NCBI GenBank assembly: GCA_010093815.1
Contig: ML996568.1
Origin: Pseudovirgaria hyperparasitica
Lineage: Eukaryota
DNA length: 64,000 nt
Strand: one strand, 5' to 3'
Shown: positions 12,450-25,827 of the stretch, piece by piece
How positions within the stretch are numbered: the stretch's first letter is position 1
Layout of the letters: every line of letters begins with the position of its first letter
The notes under the pieces: model-generated
Told to the model about the DNA's origin: nothing
Databases searched by the model: none
The model's input: only the letters and a program-made list of their open reading frames with translations
Made by a program: the position numbers and the translations under genes

Positions 12450-13269
12450 TTAAGCTTCCTCAGGTTTTGGATTGCTGAGGGCGGCGAAGTGACTCTCAAT
12501 CTTTGACAATCCAAAAAAAATCATTCTCTCGCTTCGCGACTCTGCAATCCTCCAATCTCCATCCAATCGTACCACCTTTAAGCCCTAATTCTTGACCCTC
12601 AAAAGCACATGAATCAAAATCTCCAATGACAAAGCGCCCATCCTTGCATAGGATATTACTCGGATTGATATCGCAATGGATTATGCCGAGGCCGTGGAGA
12701 TGCGTGAGGCCGCGTCGGATATCGGTCAAACAAGCTGCCAAGCTGAAACTTCTCTGGCTTTTGCTCTCCTGGAGCAAGTCATGATCGTATCTTTCGAAAC
12801 AGAGACCGGATATCTTGCCATCGTCAACGACGCATCCGTGATATTGTGCGATATTGGGATGTGGAGATCGTCGAAGAATCTCACAGATTTGAGCTTCGTG
12901 TAACATTACGTCGCTCATGCGAGTAGATACCTCTGTATCTCCATAATCAATCAAGTGAGGCCGTTTAACATGATAGTGTAGAGCTGCGTCATCGGGTGCT
13001 CTGGTGAAGTGTGATGGGAAATCCGGCCAGATATTGGAACTGGGAATAGGAACAAGAGTAAGTAGTTGTAGATCGATTTCGGACTTCGCTCTAAAGCGGC
13101 GATCGCTTAGAGCATAAAGGTAGGAAGATTCATGTTTCGCGATAATCTTCGTATGCGAGAACGTGAGATCGCCGTATACAGTTTCGAAAGCTTCGGCATA
13201 TTCGACGACATGGGTGCTCTGGACACGTGAAAATCTGCATATATATATTTAATGTTACAAAAATACCAT
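12450..13269 (-). CDS. Small atypical fungal protein kinase with an apparent 1-nt frameshift in a T8 run near the C-terminus (possible pseudogene or sequencing error)
   Basis: Open frame from 13218: STHVVEYAEAF...IPSSNIWPDFPSHFTRAP...VKRPHLIDY...EAQICEILRRSPHPNIAQYHG...IIHCDINPSNI...IGDFDSC. Putative ATG at 13269 followed by a 48-nt GT-AG intron. Removing one T at 12513-12520 gives ENDFFGLSKIESH...EEA* (stop at 12450). Confidence 0.75.
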
Positions 13270-13490
13270 GTTGGGTGTTTGCAGTAGATATGGGGATGTT
13301 TGTCATGAAGCTTATATAAAGGTATCAAGTTTCTCGCAAACCCTAGGAGACCGCGTCTCTAGCTTGAATGATTAGGTAACAGCATAGATCTATGTGCCAA
13401 GCATATCGGGCGATGTGGCTATGCCAAATCCTTTGCTAGCCATTATAGTATCTCTTCTGGCGACTTGAATTTTCATAGACCTAATTCATT

Positions 13491-14131
13491 TTACGACCTA
13501 CCAGTGCCTGTATACTCCTGAAGCCATTGTTTTTTATCCATGATGGTCCCACTAGACGCCAAGAACGAGGTTATCTTGGTGTTCAATTCTGCCAGCAGTA
13601 TAAGCCTCATCCCACATCTAAATCACAAAGCGGGAGTTCAGTGGAGCTAGACTCACGTTCAAGTGACATTTCTGTCGCTGCCTGGAGGGAGTAGTGATCA
13701 GTATGTTCGTGGACTAAGATTAAGTCTGCGGGCAACCGCGTGCCTACAGCGAGTCAGGAAAACCTGCAGCGATCCAAAGGTCTCTGAAGCTAATAATACC
13801 AGCAGGTATACAATATATTACACCACTTTCCCCCCGAAGCTGTGCTACGAGCTTCTTCTGATAAAAACCCATTGGTCGCATAGAGGCGCCGTTCGGAGCT
13901 ACCGGATGTGTTTAGCTGGGAATGTATAACCGTGAAGTGGGTGGCTGAATCCATACGCTTATAATTGTGTGGATCGAGAGCCTTTGCCTTCACGCGACCA
14001 GAATCAGTGAGGATGTCATAACTGCGCTGTCGCTGTAGGGACCACTCTCGAAGACGAATCGCCAATCCGTAATTGACGCGGAAAAGCTCTTTCGGAACTG
14101 TCCGGAAGACATTTATAAGTGAGGGCGCCAT
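13491..14131 (-). CDS. Tse2-like ADP-ribosyltransferase toxin-domain protein (152 aa, 4 exons)
   Basis: Exons 14131-13957, 13898-13800, 13743-13657 and 13588-13491 splice with canonical GT-AG introns into one frame: MAPSLINVFRTVPKELFRVNYG...KALDPHNYKPPNGASMRPMGFYQ...IYCIPAGTRLPADLILVHEHTDHYSLQAATEMSLEQLNTKITSFL...TGRS*. The LFR / NGASMRP / LILVHEHTDHYSLQ motifs match my recollection of the ADPRTs_Tse2 family. Confidence 0.8.
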
Positions 14132-14708
14132 GGTTTCAGGAGAGATAGAGACAGAATGTTCGCCCTGTATTGTTTGTGCTTGGAAGATTACATTAGAGAG
14201 GGAGGTATGTGCGTGATGTTTCGTGGCTAAGGGATCCCGGATTCAGCGAGGTAGGGCCGATTAACATTAACCCCCCGCCTTCGCGCCGTATGAAACAACT
14301 TGATACCCTGTGGAGCACCACAATATTACCTCGAGAGTGCCCAAATATTACAAGCGGATATGCATTTATTGCTTTTATGCATTGCACGAGTATATGTATA
14401 TACATAGAGATCCAAGCTCTCGTGACGCCCAAAGAGGTTTACCAAGGGGCATCAATTCTCAATGCGCAAAGACCACCAAATCCATCGATTTTCATAACAA
14501 GAAAGATCGTTCACGGCGAAGAATCTGCAAATATTGCGTCACGGCAGACAATAGCCGTTGCCGCTCAATGGATCGCGCAGATCCAGAAGAAAGGTGCCTC
14601 ACAAATGGCGGGTATAAACGAAGTGTAGAAACAAAAACAAGGCATACGTACGTGGATAAGAGTCATAAGAAATCAAGATGTGAGAATCATGAGAGTTGCA
14701 GGAGGCAA

Positions 14709-16661
14709 TCAGTTGCGGAACTGTCCATTGCCCAGGCGTGCGCCGCCATGCCATCCAGCTTGTTGCCTTTGACTGGCGACTGTGAACGCGGGCTGTTGCG
14801 GCGCTGCAGACGCACTTCTGTATCCACCAGCTTGTGATCCGACGGGCGACATGAAGCTGCGCTGTGGCGGAACAGACGATGTTACCCCCCTAGGTGGCCC
14901 GCCTGGCGTCAGCGACCTTGGTGGCGCATCGTTGTGGGAAGTGTCCACACGACTCATCTCGTACGAAGGACCCTTCTGGGTTGTATAGTCGGCCTCGTAA
15001 GGCGACCACTGATCTGCCATCGGTGGAGGTCCTGGTGTTCGACGTCCCATTCCAGTGTTTGATCTAGGTGGACCGTCCATTGGACCAGAAGGGCCGCGGC
15101 CGGGGGCACTGAATGCTGTGTTTGAACGTGGAGGTGGGCGCATACCGCCGTAAGGCCCATTCCGGTTCGAATTTGATGTGACAGGACGTGACATCGGGGA
15201 GTAGGGGCGGTCGGTGCCTACTCTGTTGAAATCATTCATCCGTTCCAGTGGTGGCATCACTGGGATAGGCGATGAGCGTCCCGGCTCGTCGTAGCCCATG
15301 GGGCTCGCATAGCTGAGAAGTGGACCATCGGTATGAGCGCTATAGCTGGAAGATTGAGTCATGGATCGAGCCTGCATTCCTGATCTTTCGAACTCATCTT
15401 CAAACTCTGGCATCCTAGGTTGGCGATCATCTATAGAACCACCTGCAGCGGTATTGCTCCGTGTAGGCGGTAAAGATGAGTATGGCGGTAAGGTTGCCAC
15501 AGAATTGAGTCTTGCTAGCGAGGGTGTTGACATCGTGTCGTCGTCGTCAAATGTCGTGTTGAGCACAGGGAGGGTCGGTTGTTTGCTACATTGTGGTCGG
15601 TCTTCTTTCTTGGCTGCCTTTTGCTCATCCTTGATTCGTTTCGCCTCTGACTTGGCGATAGCCTTTTGTGTCTTGGCGCTGACGATACGCTCCAATCTAG
15701 ACTCAATCTTGCGTCGACAGTAACGCGCCAGGGATCCATCTGTGTTAGGGACGTGATGCCAAAGAAACAGAAGGTACAAAACAAGAGCGATAAATAAGAA
15801 CAGGATTTCAAAGGCCCAGATGACCAATGTGAAAGTCATAGTCGACAAAATGACTGTCTGCTCTTTGTTGGCTTCTGCTAGTGCCTCAATATTGACAAAG
15901 AACTGGGCAAATTTCGATCGGCCGTTTTCAGGTTGATGCTCACCCTCAGGAATGAGGTTGAGTCTCATAACAGACCAAAGAGTCATAGCATTGATAACAA
16001 CACGGGGACCTTCGGCGAATATGACTCGGATGGCGCCTGTCAAGAATCAATCAGTGACTGCCAGTAGGTGCGAAGCAGGAGACTTACCTTTGAACTGGAA
16101 GTACACAAAGAGCGCAATGTAGTTGACCCCCTTCTTACTCTTGGTGAGTTCAGCCAGGACAAGAAAACGTCGGAAGCCTTGACCCTGGTCCGGTCGTATA
16201 CTCTGGACGATGGCAGCAAGCGGGTCCATGTAAGTGTCTACAACACCACCCCTTCGCAAAGCTCTAATAGCTAGAACCCATTCAAAGGCTAAGAGGGCAA
16301 AGGAGAATATAATGGCCCCAGCAAAAATCCATTTTGCGTAAACGAATGGAATGACAGGCCGTACCTGGCTCGACCAACGATCGAATGCAAGAAGATTGAC
16401 TGCGGTGAAAGTGTCTGCGGCATAGACACCGATTGAAATGAGAGTAAGGATCCACAACCATACGTAAGAAAATCCAGCGAGACATGACTTGCTCCTAAAG
16501 TCGGAAAGTGTCTGCAATAGTTAGCACAAACAGCTACCCGAAGATTGTGTTGACGTAGACTGCCTGTTATAGCAAGCTGGACGCGATTGAGGACGTACAA
16601 TATATGCCCACTTCTGGTCCTCACTGACAACCTTCTCCGAGTCTCTACCCATACAACCCAT
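14709..16661 (-). CDS. KCH1: Fungal low-affinity potassium transporter, Kch1/Prm6 family
   Basis: MGCMGRDSEKVVSEDQKWAYI|TLSDFRSKSC...VYAADTFTAVNLLAFDRWSS...FRRFLVLAELTKSKKG...FAEGPRVVINAMTL...SLARYCRRKIESRL, then a long Pro/Ser-rich tail. Two introns. Confidence 0.82.
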
Positions 16662-17145
16662 GTTGGCGATCTTTCTGATTCCGACGACCCAGCGCTGCTT
16701 GCTATAGTTCCGATGATACTTTTTTTTGGATCCTTAATTAGGCAGTACGCTTAGGTGTAATTGTGACAGGCCAGCTGTCTACACCGCATCCGAAATGATA
16801 TGATGGTATAAGTGAGGTCAGACGAAGTTTAGCTGTTAACTGTAGGTGAGCGCGTCAATTTCGCGCGTTGTAGCGACAAGGATGTGTCGCACGTAGTGGT
16901 TACATCCAGTGTATGATAGTTAGTGAGACAGCATGTCGTTCGGGATGGTTGGGAACGTAAGAAGTTCGAAGGGAAATGTTTGGAGCTTGCTTCGAAAGCA
17001 GTGAATCGGTCAACGATGGCAAGCAGCGAGAGTGTTGTGCGCTCTAAGAAGAGGGAGGCGATTCGTGTGATCGGGGGCAGTGTACGCACAGTTATCGAGA
17101 CCCTGCGTATGTGCTGCGTTGTATGAAGGAGTGTATGCGAGAAGA

Positions 17146-17195
17146 GGTATCAGTGAGTGTTTTCGCGATGGGTATCAGTGAGTGTTTTCGCGATG
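17146..17195. repeat. Perfect 25-bp tandem duplication
   Basis: GGTATCAGTGAGTGTTTTCGCGATG repeated twice. Confidence 0.9.
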
Positions 17196-17923
17196 GATGG
17201 TGACGGCGATGGGTATGAAGTGAACTTTGAGCTGTTTGTTTCAATCAATTCATTGTTAAAAGGATCGTGAGGTGCTCGAGACGTCGAGATGCTAAAGTGG
17301 GTGAAGTGTCAGAGTGTAGCGACATGGGAGGTGGAAGTGGCAGAGAGTGGTTGGTTAGGTGGTGTGGTGTTCTTTTCTCTCTTGGGGGTTGGCCGAGGGG
17401 GTGGTCGCATGGCATTGAGGATTGGGGCATCATAGTCGCACTGCCCAGGTGTCGCATTCCAATCTAAAACGTCTTTGGCCGGCCAATCAGTGACCTTGTA
17501 ACAAAACATCAGCTGCACCTCATCCCCGGTCCCGCTAGACCTGTTCCTTAATGCTCCTCCTGGTCCGATAACGCCGCCCGCCTCCCGCTCACCAGCCCAA
17601 GCCTTGCGTGAGGTTGCATCCAAACAGTGGATAATTGTGTCGCAGTAGATAATTGTTTGCTCTCTGTCGTTACATGCATACTGTGTATATTTAGAATGGT
17701 CTCTTATGCTGCTCAAAACTCTGCCGGTGTCATCCAATGACATCCATCCCGTCCGTCTCTTGAAACACTGCGCCGTGTGACCGTCTCCATTGGCCTTCAA
17801 CCCCGCTTAATCTCTCAATGCCTCAAACCACCCCCTGGCTGGCCGCCCCTTTACTGTTCAACGCACTGCGCCCACTAATTACCTATTAACATATGGTTCC
17901 ATTCACGACCACGTCACAATTTA

Positions 17924-18006
17924 CAGTACTAGTAGGACATTAGTCGGGGGACATATCAGGCGCATTTCAGGCAGCCAAGTGTCCCCAGATTATTGTCCCC
18001 TCACTG
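17924..18006. mobile_element. MITE-like element copy 2
   Basis: TA|CAGTACTAGTAGGACATTAGTCGGGGGACA...TGTCCCCAGATTATTGTCCCCTCACTG|TA. About 25-bp imperfect TIR; homologous to 12283-12362. Confidence 0.72.
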
Positions 18007-18221
18007 TAGCGTCGAGACGTTGGATTATGGCTAGCTTATGATTCGCTATTCGTTGTATCTCTAACGTGAATATCGTGTTATGCCTTTATATGTCCACTAT
18101 TGAATCATGTTTGAATACCCATCGCGTCCCTCCGCCACATGTCGTCATGCCCCTTAACACGGATGCCTCCTCCATTTATACAATGAAGGCGATAATGCCA
18201 ATTGTTATACATGCCACACTT

Positions 18222-20396
<2,175 letters not shown>

Positions 20397-21485
20397 GGTG
20401 TGTGTGAGGGGGAGGATGTGGTGGAAATGTCGTCGGAAAGATGTACCAGTGTCCCTTCAAAAGAGCAGGCAAGAGGAGAATGTCTATTGGTGGTGGGGTG
20501 TGCTGGGTGTTGTCCCCTTTGCTGTTGAATGGTCCTAAAGGAAAGGAAGATGAAGGAAAAGAAGAAGTTGGGATTCAAGTCTGGTGGCGGGTCTTTATTT
20601 GTTCAGTCGAAGGTTATAGAAAAGGTGGCTTTCTCGAAGGCGCTAGCGCTAGAGGACACCTTTCAACAACAAACTATGCCAAGACTACTGGTACTTGACA
20701 ATGACCACCGTATTGCATCCACTCTGGCAGCATCCAGCAGCTTCTATTGGTCGCAACAATCCCTTTGCGCATTTTGACTCATTGAATAGGAACGGTAATA
20801 CTACCGGAGAGGTCAAAGGCCACGTTGATACAAGTTTGTCTACCATTACCATCACCGCCCTCGATGTCCGGGTACGGAATCTCTTCCAAGTCTTGCATTC
20901 ACAACGACGTACCTTAGCGGCTGGTGGCTCCAATGCACTCACAAGGTACGAACGCATATGTGGTAGATCTAGCAAAGTATTCAAGTATACAATATAGCCA
21001 TTCACAGCTGATATCACAAGTTCAAGAACTGCAGTTCGCGCGCTCCCAATCCTTGGTGGCCTCTGAAAGTAGGCTTATCTTCTTGGCATGACTTCTCGAT
21101 GAGCGCAGATTAAGCATATGTCCTGTCTTAAGCTATATTAGGAGTTCACAAGAATCCTCTCGACTGTATATACCTTTGACGATGTACTTACCAGGGTACT
21201 CAAGTCGATGTTCCATTATCTCTCCTACAACTAATGTTCAACCTGCTCCTTAGTGAGTGAGATCTGTATAGCGGCCGCCCCCACCGGTTTTGAGGATCAG
21301 CTCCAGGATGGCTGTAAGACGTTGCATTCAACCTCACTGCTGTCCTAAGACAACGGCTGAACCCTACTTGGCCGCTCCTGAAATGTTATGGAGGGCAAAT
21401 GCTTTAATTCGAAGCAAATCTATGTTCGAATGCATTAAAGCGTGTCGCAGCGTTAGCTGATGCCTCCTTGGCGAACTGTACCAAC

Positions 21486-23723
21486 ATGTCCGACGGACAC
21501 AACTTGGTTGACGCTCTGGAGGCCTACCTTGGCCTGTCAGAACCCTCACGCTCCTTGTACCTACAGGATGTACTCAAAAGGGAGGTCGAAGATCAGATTC
21601 GATTTGTCAATGGCAGTCCGACTCCGCTCGAAAAGAGCAAGCGAACTCAGTATATGGCATCCATGCCAAACGCGCATTTCGAAGCTCTCAAGCACGACAT
21701 AGTTTACGAGTTACTCAAGAGAGGAAGGTCCAGTACTTATACCCTACCCGTAGACCTCACCGATTCTGCTGTGACCGCCTCACAGTTGAGAGATCTGCGG
21801 CCGATTGTTCCCAGCTTTATAGATAACATGGGCCACGAGCATTTCCGCACTCTCATTGCAGAATTCGTCTGCGAACTAGATAACCGGTTGGCTACTGTAA
21901 TCGATTCAAGTGATACTGGGGACTCGGATTCCATGTATGCGTCGTCACTGCATTCTGGTGTATCTTCAGTTGTGGAGACGTCGCAGACTGAGCTCACAGA
22001 GGCATCAGGTCTCATGTCCCGTTCACCACTTGAGCCTTATGACGGATGGAGAATACTTCATCCGTCACCTCTGATGGTGGATGTCCGCCCATTAGTGCGG
22101 GAAGATTTGGCTAGATCCAGGTTTTCGCATGTCAGAAGCAGACCGACTTCTATAGTATCCAGACCTCCACCACTTCCTGCAACTATCACGGAAGAAGACG
22201 ACCATGATGACGAATCTGGTTACGATGCAGATGGTGTTGCCAAGTATCGACCAGCAATCAAGCGTTCTTCAAGTCACAGGGAGTTTAGTAAAGTTGGTGC
22301 TGATATGCCAGACGCGAGACCTGCCACACTACGTAGGAGCAGTGCGGAATCCACATTGGACAATGCGCGAGCAGCATCCGAGAATTGGAACGACCAGGGG
22401 ACTGACATATTGAATGCCCCAGCCACTGCCCCGTCGATCTATACGAAGGCACGTAATAGCGTTCGCTCAAGCTGGAGGATGAGCAATTCCTACAACCGTA
22501 GAAGCATCAAGAGAGATAGCAGCGTATCGAGCCACCATAGCTTCTCATCTGCCAAAAGCTTTGCTACTGCGCAAGCTAGTCTACATAGCGCGGAGGCTCA
22601 TAATATGGCATCTTCTACGAAGTCCAGTGAATGGCTTGATTTCCTCCGATCTCTATCCTTGATCCCGGACCAGATGTCTGAGTTAAACTGGTCAGGGAAA
22701 GGGCAACATGTAGAATACGAGCCCTCGGAAGAGAATGATATACCCATTGTCGAGGAGAACCTTCTTGGCCATACAGCGAGTGCTGTTGTTCAGAGTGTAC
22801 GATGTAAACGGATCCGACTTGCTCGTAAGACCATTTCATGCAACCGCAAATTTCGAAGAGAGGAAGCAATCAAAGAAGTTGAACATCTTCAGCGTGTCAA
22901 GCATTGCCACGTGGTTCGAGTTGTAGGCACGTATGTTGTCAAGCAGAATTTATCGATCCTCCTCTATCCTGCTACAGAGTGGAATTTAGAGACCTTTATT
23001 GTGTCTTTGAAATCGGGAGAGGAAGTCGCGCCCCGACGGGACCACCTTGTGGGATTCGTACGTTGTCTTCTGGAGACAATGAATTTTCTGCACGATTCTC
23101 TCATAAAACACATGGACATCAAACCCAAGAACTTGCTTGTCCGAGATATTCGGCGCTCGGTCCTTCGATCGAGAATACCAGCACCGCTTAACCATTATAA
23201 GGTCTACATTGCTGACTTTGGGATCGCTCGCTCGTATCGGTGCTCCGAGGACGCCGAGACCTCGGGCAGGACATCCTTCACGAAACGTTATGCTGCTCCT
23301 GAGGTGGTTGACCAAGCACCTCGTGGCTTCAGTGCCGACATATTTTCCATGGGATGTGTATTTCTGGAAATCATTGCCGCTGTCTTCGATACAGAGCTGG
23401 CTAGTAGTGAGCACAGCGAGGGCTCTTCGGCGCCACACGCTGATGAGCTAGACAAGATCCGTGAGAACAATCCAGACTATGATGATTCATATCAGGCGAA
23501 CGTTACGGAATTAAAAGCCTGGCTTGTTAGACTTGGTTGTCGACCCAAAGATGGTGCCTTTTCTCCAAAGTTCTGCGCCTTGGTCGCCGCCATGATCAAT
23601 TATGAGGCCCATGATAGACCGACGACTGAGGATATTCTGATGTCCAGCTGGTTACCAATTGGCTGTTCAGATTGCCATAGTGACCAGGATCCGTTTGAGT
23701 CAGCGTCTCAATCAAATGAGTAA
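21486..23723 (+). CDS. Ser/Thr protein kinase with a long N-terminal Ser-rich extension
   Basis: Intronless. LARK, EAIKEVEHL, HMDIKPKNLL, ADFG, YAAPE and DIFSMGCVFLE. First ATG at 21486. Confidence 0.88.
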   Translation: MSDGHNLVDALEAYLGLSEPSRSLYLQDVLKREVEDQIRFVNGSPTPLEKSKRTQYMASMPNAHFEALKHDIVYELLKRGRSSTYTLPVDLTDSAVTASQLRDLRPIVPSFIDNMGHEHFRTLIAEFVCELDNRLATVIDSSDTGDSDSMYASSLHSGVSSVVETSQTELTEASGLMSRSPLEPYDGWRILHPSPLMVDVRPLVREDLARSRFSHVRSRPTSIVSRPPPLPATITEEDDHDDESGYDADGVAKYRPAIKRSSSHREFSKVGADMPDARPATLRRSSAESTLDNARAASENWNDQGTDILNAPATAPSIYTKARNSVRSSWRMSNSYNRRSIKRDSSVSSHHSFSSAKSFATAQASLHSAEAHNMASSTKSSEWLDFLRSLSLIPDQMSELNWSGKGQHVEYEPSEENDIPIVEENLLGHTASAVVQSVRCKRIRLARKTISCNRKFRREEAIKEVEHLQRVKHCHVVRVVGTYVVKQNLSILLYPATEWNLETFIVSLKSGEEVAPRRDHLVGFVRCLLETMNFLHDSLIKHMDIKPKNLLVRDIRRSVLRSRIPAPLNHYKVYIADFGIARSYRCSEDAETSGRTSFTKRYAAPEVVDQAPRGFSADIFSMGCVFLEIIAAVFDTELASSEHSEGSSAPHADELDKIRENNPDYDDSYQANVTELKAWLVRLGCRPKDGAFSPKFCALVAAMINYEAHDRPTTEDILMSSWLPIGCSDCHSDQDPFESASQSNE

Positions 23724-24611
23724 TTTGTCATACCTAGGCATTAACAAAAGTGATGACTCGAGGAATTCTTCTACCACTTCAGCACCGCAGCTATGTAGCT
23801 TATGTTGTAAATGCACTTGGAGCAGACGCTGACTCGAAGCATATCTGTGGTACCGAAGTCACGATGAATTGGAGTTCAGGACACATTAGACGCCATTTAT
23901 TCACCCCTTTGTGGCGTGGAGCGTGTACTCTCGTGACGCCCAAGGATTGATCCGAGAAATATCGGGCGAAGAGGTTCTTCTCAGGCACTTCTCATGTCAA
24001 TAAATACTGCGACTTGCTCACTGGCACTACATCCAATAATGTGAGCTGACAGGCTGCATTGGGCAACCTCGATCGTATTGACTAGTAGCACTCAAATACT
24101 GCCTCTGTACACTTGTATACATCTGTAGCTCAACATTTATCCATACTTGAGGCCTCTACAGGTGCCTAGCCACAATTAAGTAATACCGTAACAGGCTACA
24201 CCAATGAGTTTCTCCAGCACCTAGCATGGATCACACAAACACAACCCAGAACTTTACATAATTATCGTACAAAACCCGGTCGACACTGGTTATTGTCTAC
24301 GACGCCGCAGGCATCACCATCATCAAGGCTGGTGCGAGAAGCCACAAAACACAAGCCTCGACACGCCGCCGGATACAATATGGACAGACTATGGATTGCG
24401 CCTCACCCGTGTACCACGACTCAGCACCACGTCCATCGTCTATCCTATACGGCGCCAATCCATGACCCTCACTCATCGCACCGCATCGCATCGTAGCGCA
24501 TCGCATCTCGCGACCTCAACACCATAAAATTCCCCGCCCACAACGCACCCGGCGTCCTGGCACAGCCTTCGAAATTCTCCGACGCACACCCACCCGCACA
24601 CGCACACCACG

Positions 24612-25827
24612 ATGCAGCCGAACCTTCCGCTGCACGCAGCCCCCGGCCCGCGTACCGTCTACGACCCAACAACCACAACCACACCCAGAGCAAGCTTCAC
24701 GACCAAAACCACACCCATAAAACCATCCCGCACGCTCACACCCCCCTACCCACCCAAATTACCATCCCATATCCTCACCCACCACGACCAGACAGGCGGC
24801 AACTTCCAATGCATCCTCGCCCTCACCACTAGCAATAGCAGCAGCAGCAGCACACATCTCCTCGCCATCCTAGCCGCCCACTTCGACCGCGCAATCCACC
24901 TCTCCACCAGCACTAGCACAACAACAACACACCAACCCCCATCGATCCCACGCGGCCGCACAAACAGCGGCCGCGCAATCGAATCATTACATCATCATCA
25001 CCAGCACAACAACACCCCATCATCAACAAGCGCACGCATCCTCGACCTCGGCGCCGAATCAGTCGATCTAATCGTCGTGCACGACGACGGGGATGAATTC
25101 TCTCACACTGACACAGACATAGCCTCAGCACCATGGTGGCGAGCCATAAGCCGCGTCCTGCGCACAAGCGGGACAGTTGCGATATGGCGCGTGGACCGCG
25201 CGTATTGCTATCCGTTGCCGACGACGACGGTGCGGTGCGAGGAGGTGCAGCGGTTGTTGTTCCGGCTGGAGGATCTGAGGAGGGGAGTGTGGGATAGTAG
25301 TAGTGGTAATGATGGTAGCGGTAGTAATGCTAGTGGTGGACACAGGGACAGGGACAGGTACACCGGAATCCCAATGCCATGGCAGTACGCAGGCCTGGAG
25401 ACGCCGTTTGACAAGTACGCGATGCAGCGCATGGTGTGGAACGCGCGGGGTGAGGCGGATGCGTTGGTACGTATTCTGTTCGTTTGTGTATACCGTCCAT
25501 ACATGTATACTGTCCATGCCTGTATGTGCTTGAAAAGGGGGCGGGAATCGCACCATCGACTAAACCTCACACGTACAACAGGGCGAATACTTCGCCGGCA
25601 TCGAATCGAGAAGACTAGATGAGTGGGAGCACTTACTTCGGACAACGATAGCAACAAAGACAACGACGAAGTCTGACAACGACTCCAACACTGCACACGT
25701 GATAGCCTCAACATTCGCACAGCTACGCGACGTGCTCGGCGAAGGCGTGGAGGAGATCAGTATGGTCGGACCGACAGCCCTGGTGACGATGAAAAAGATA
25801 TGGTGGTATACGACTAGGCTGTACTGA
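24612..25827 (+). CDS. Divergent class I SAM-dependent methyltransferase-like protein with low-complexity insertions
   Basis: AESVDLIVV...ISRVLRTSGTVAIW...YTGIPMPW. Intron 25467-25581; last exon GEYFAG...MVGPTALVTMKKIWWYTTRLY*. No clear DxGxGxG motif. Confidence 0.5.
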
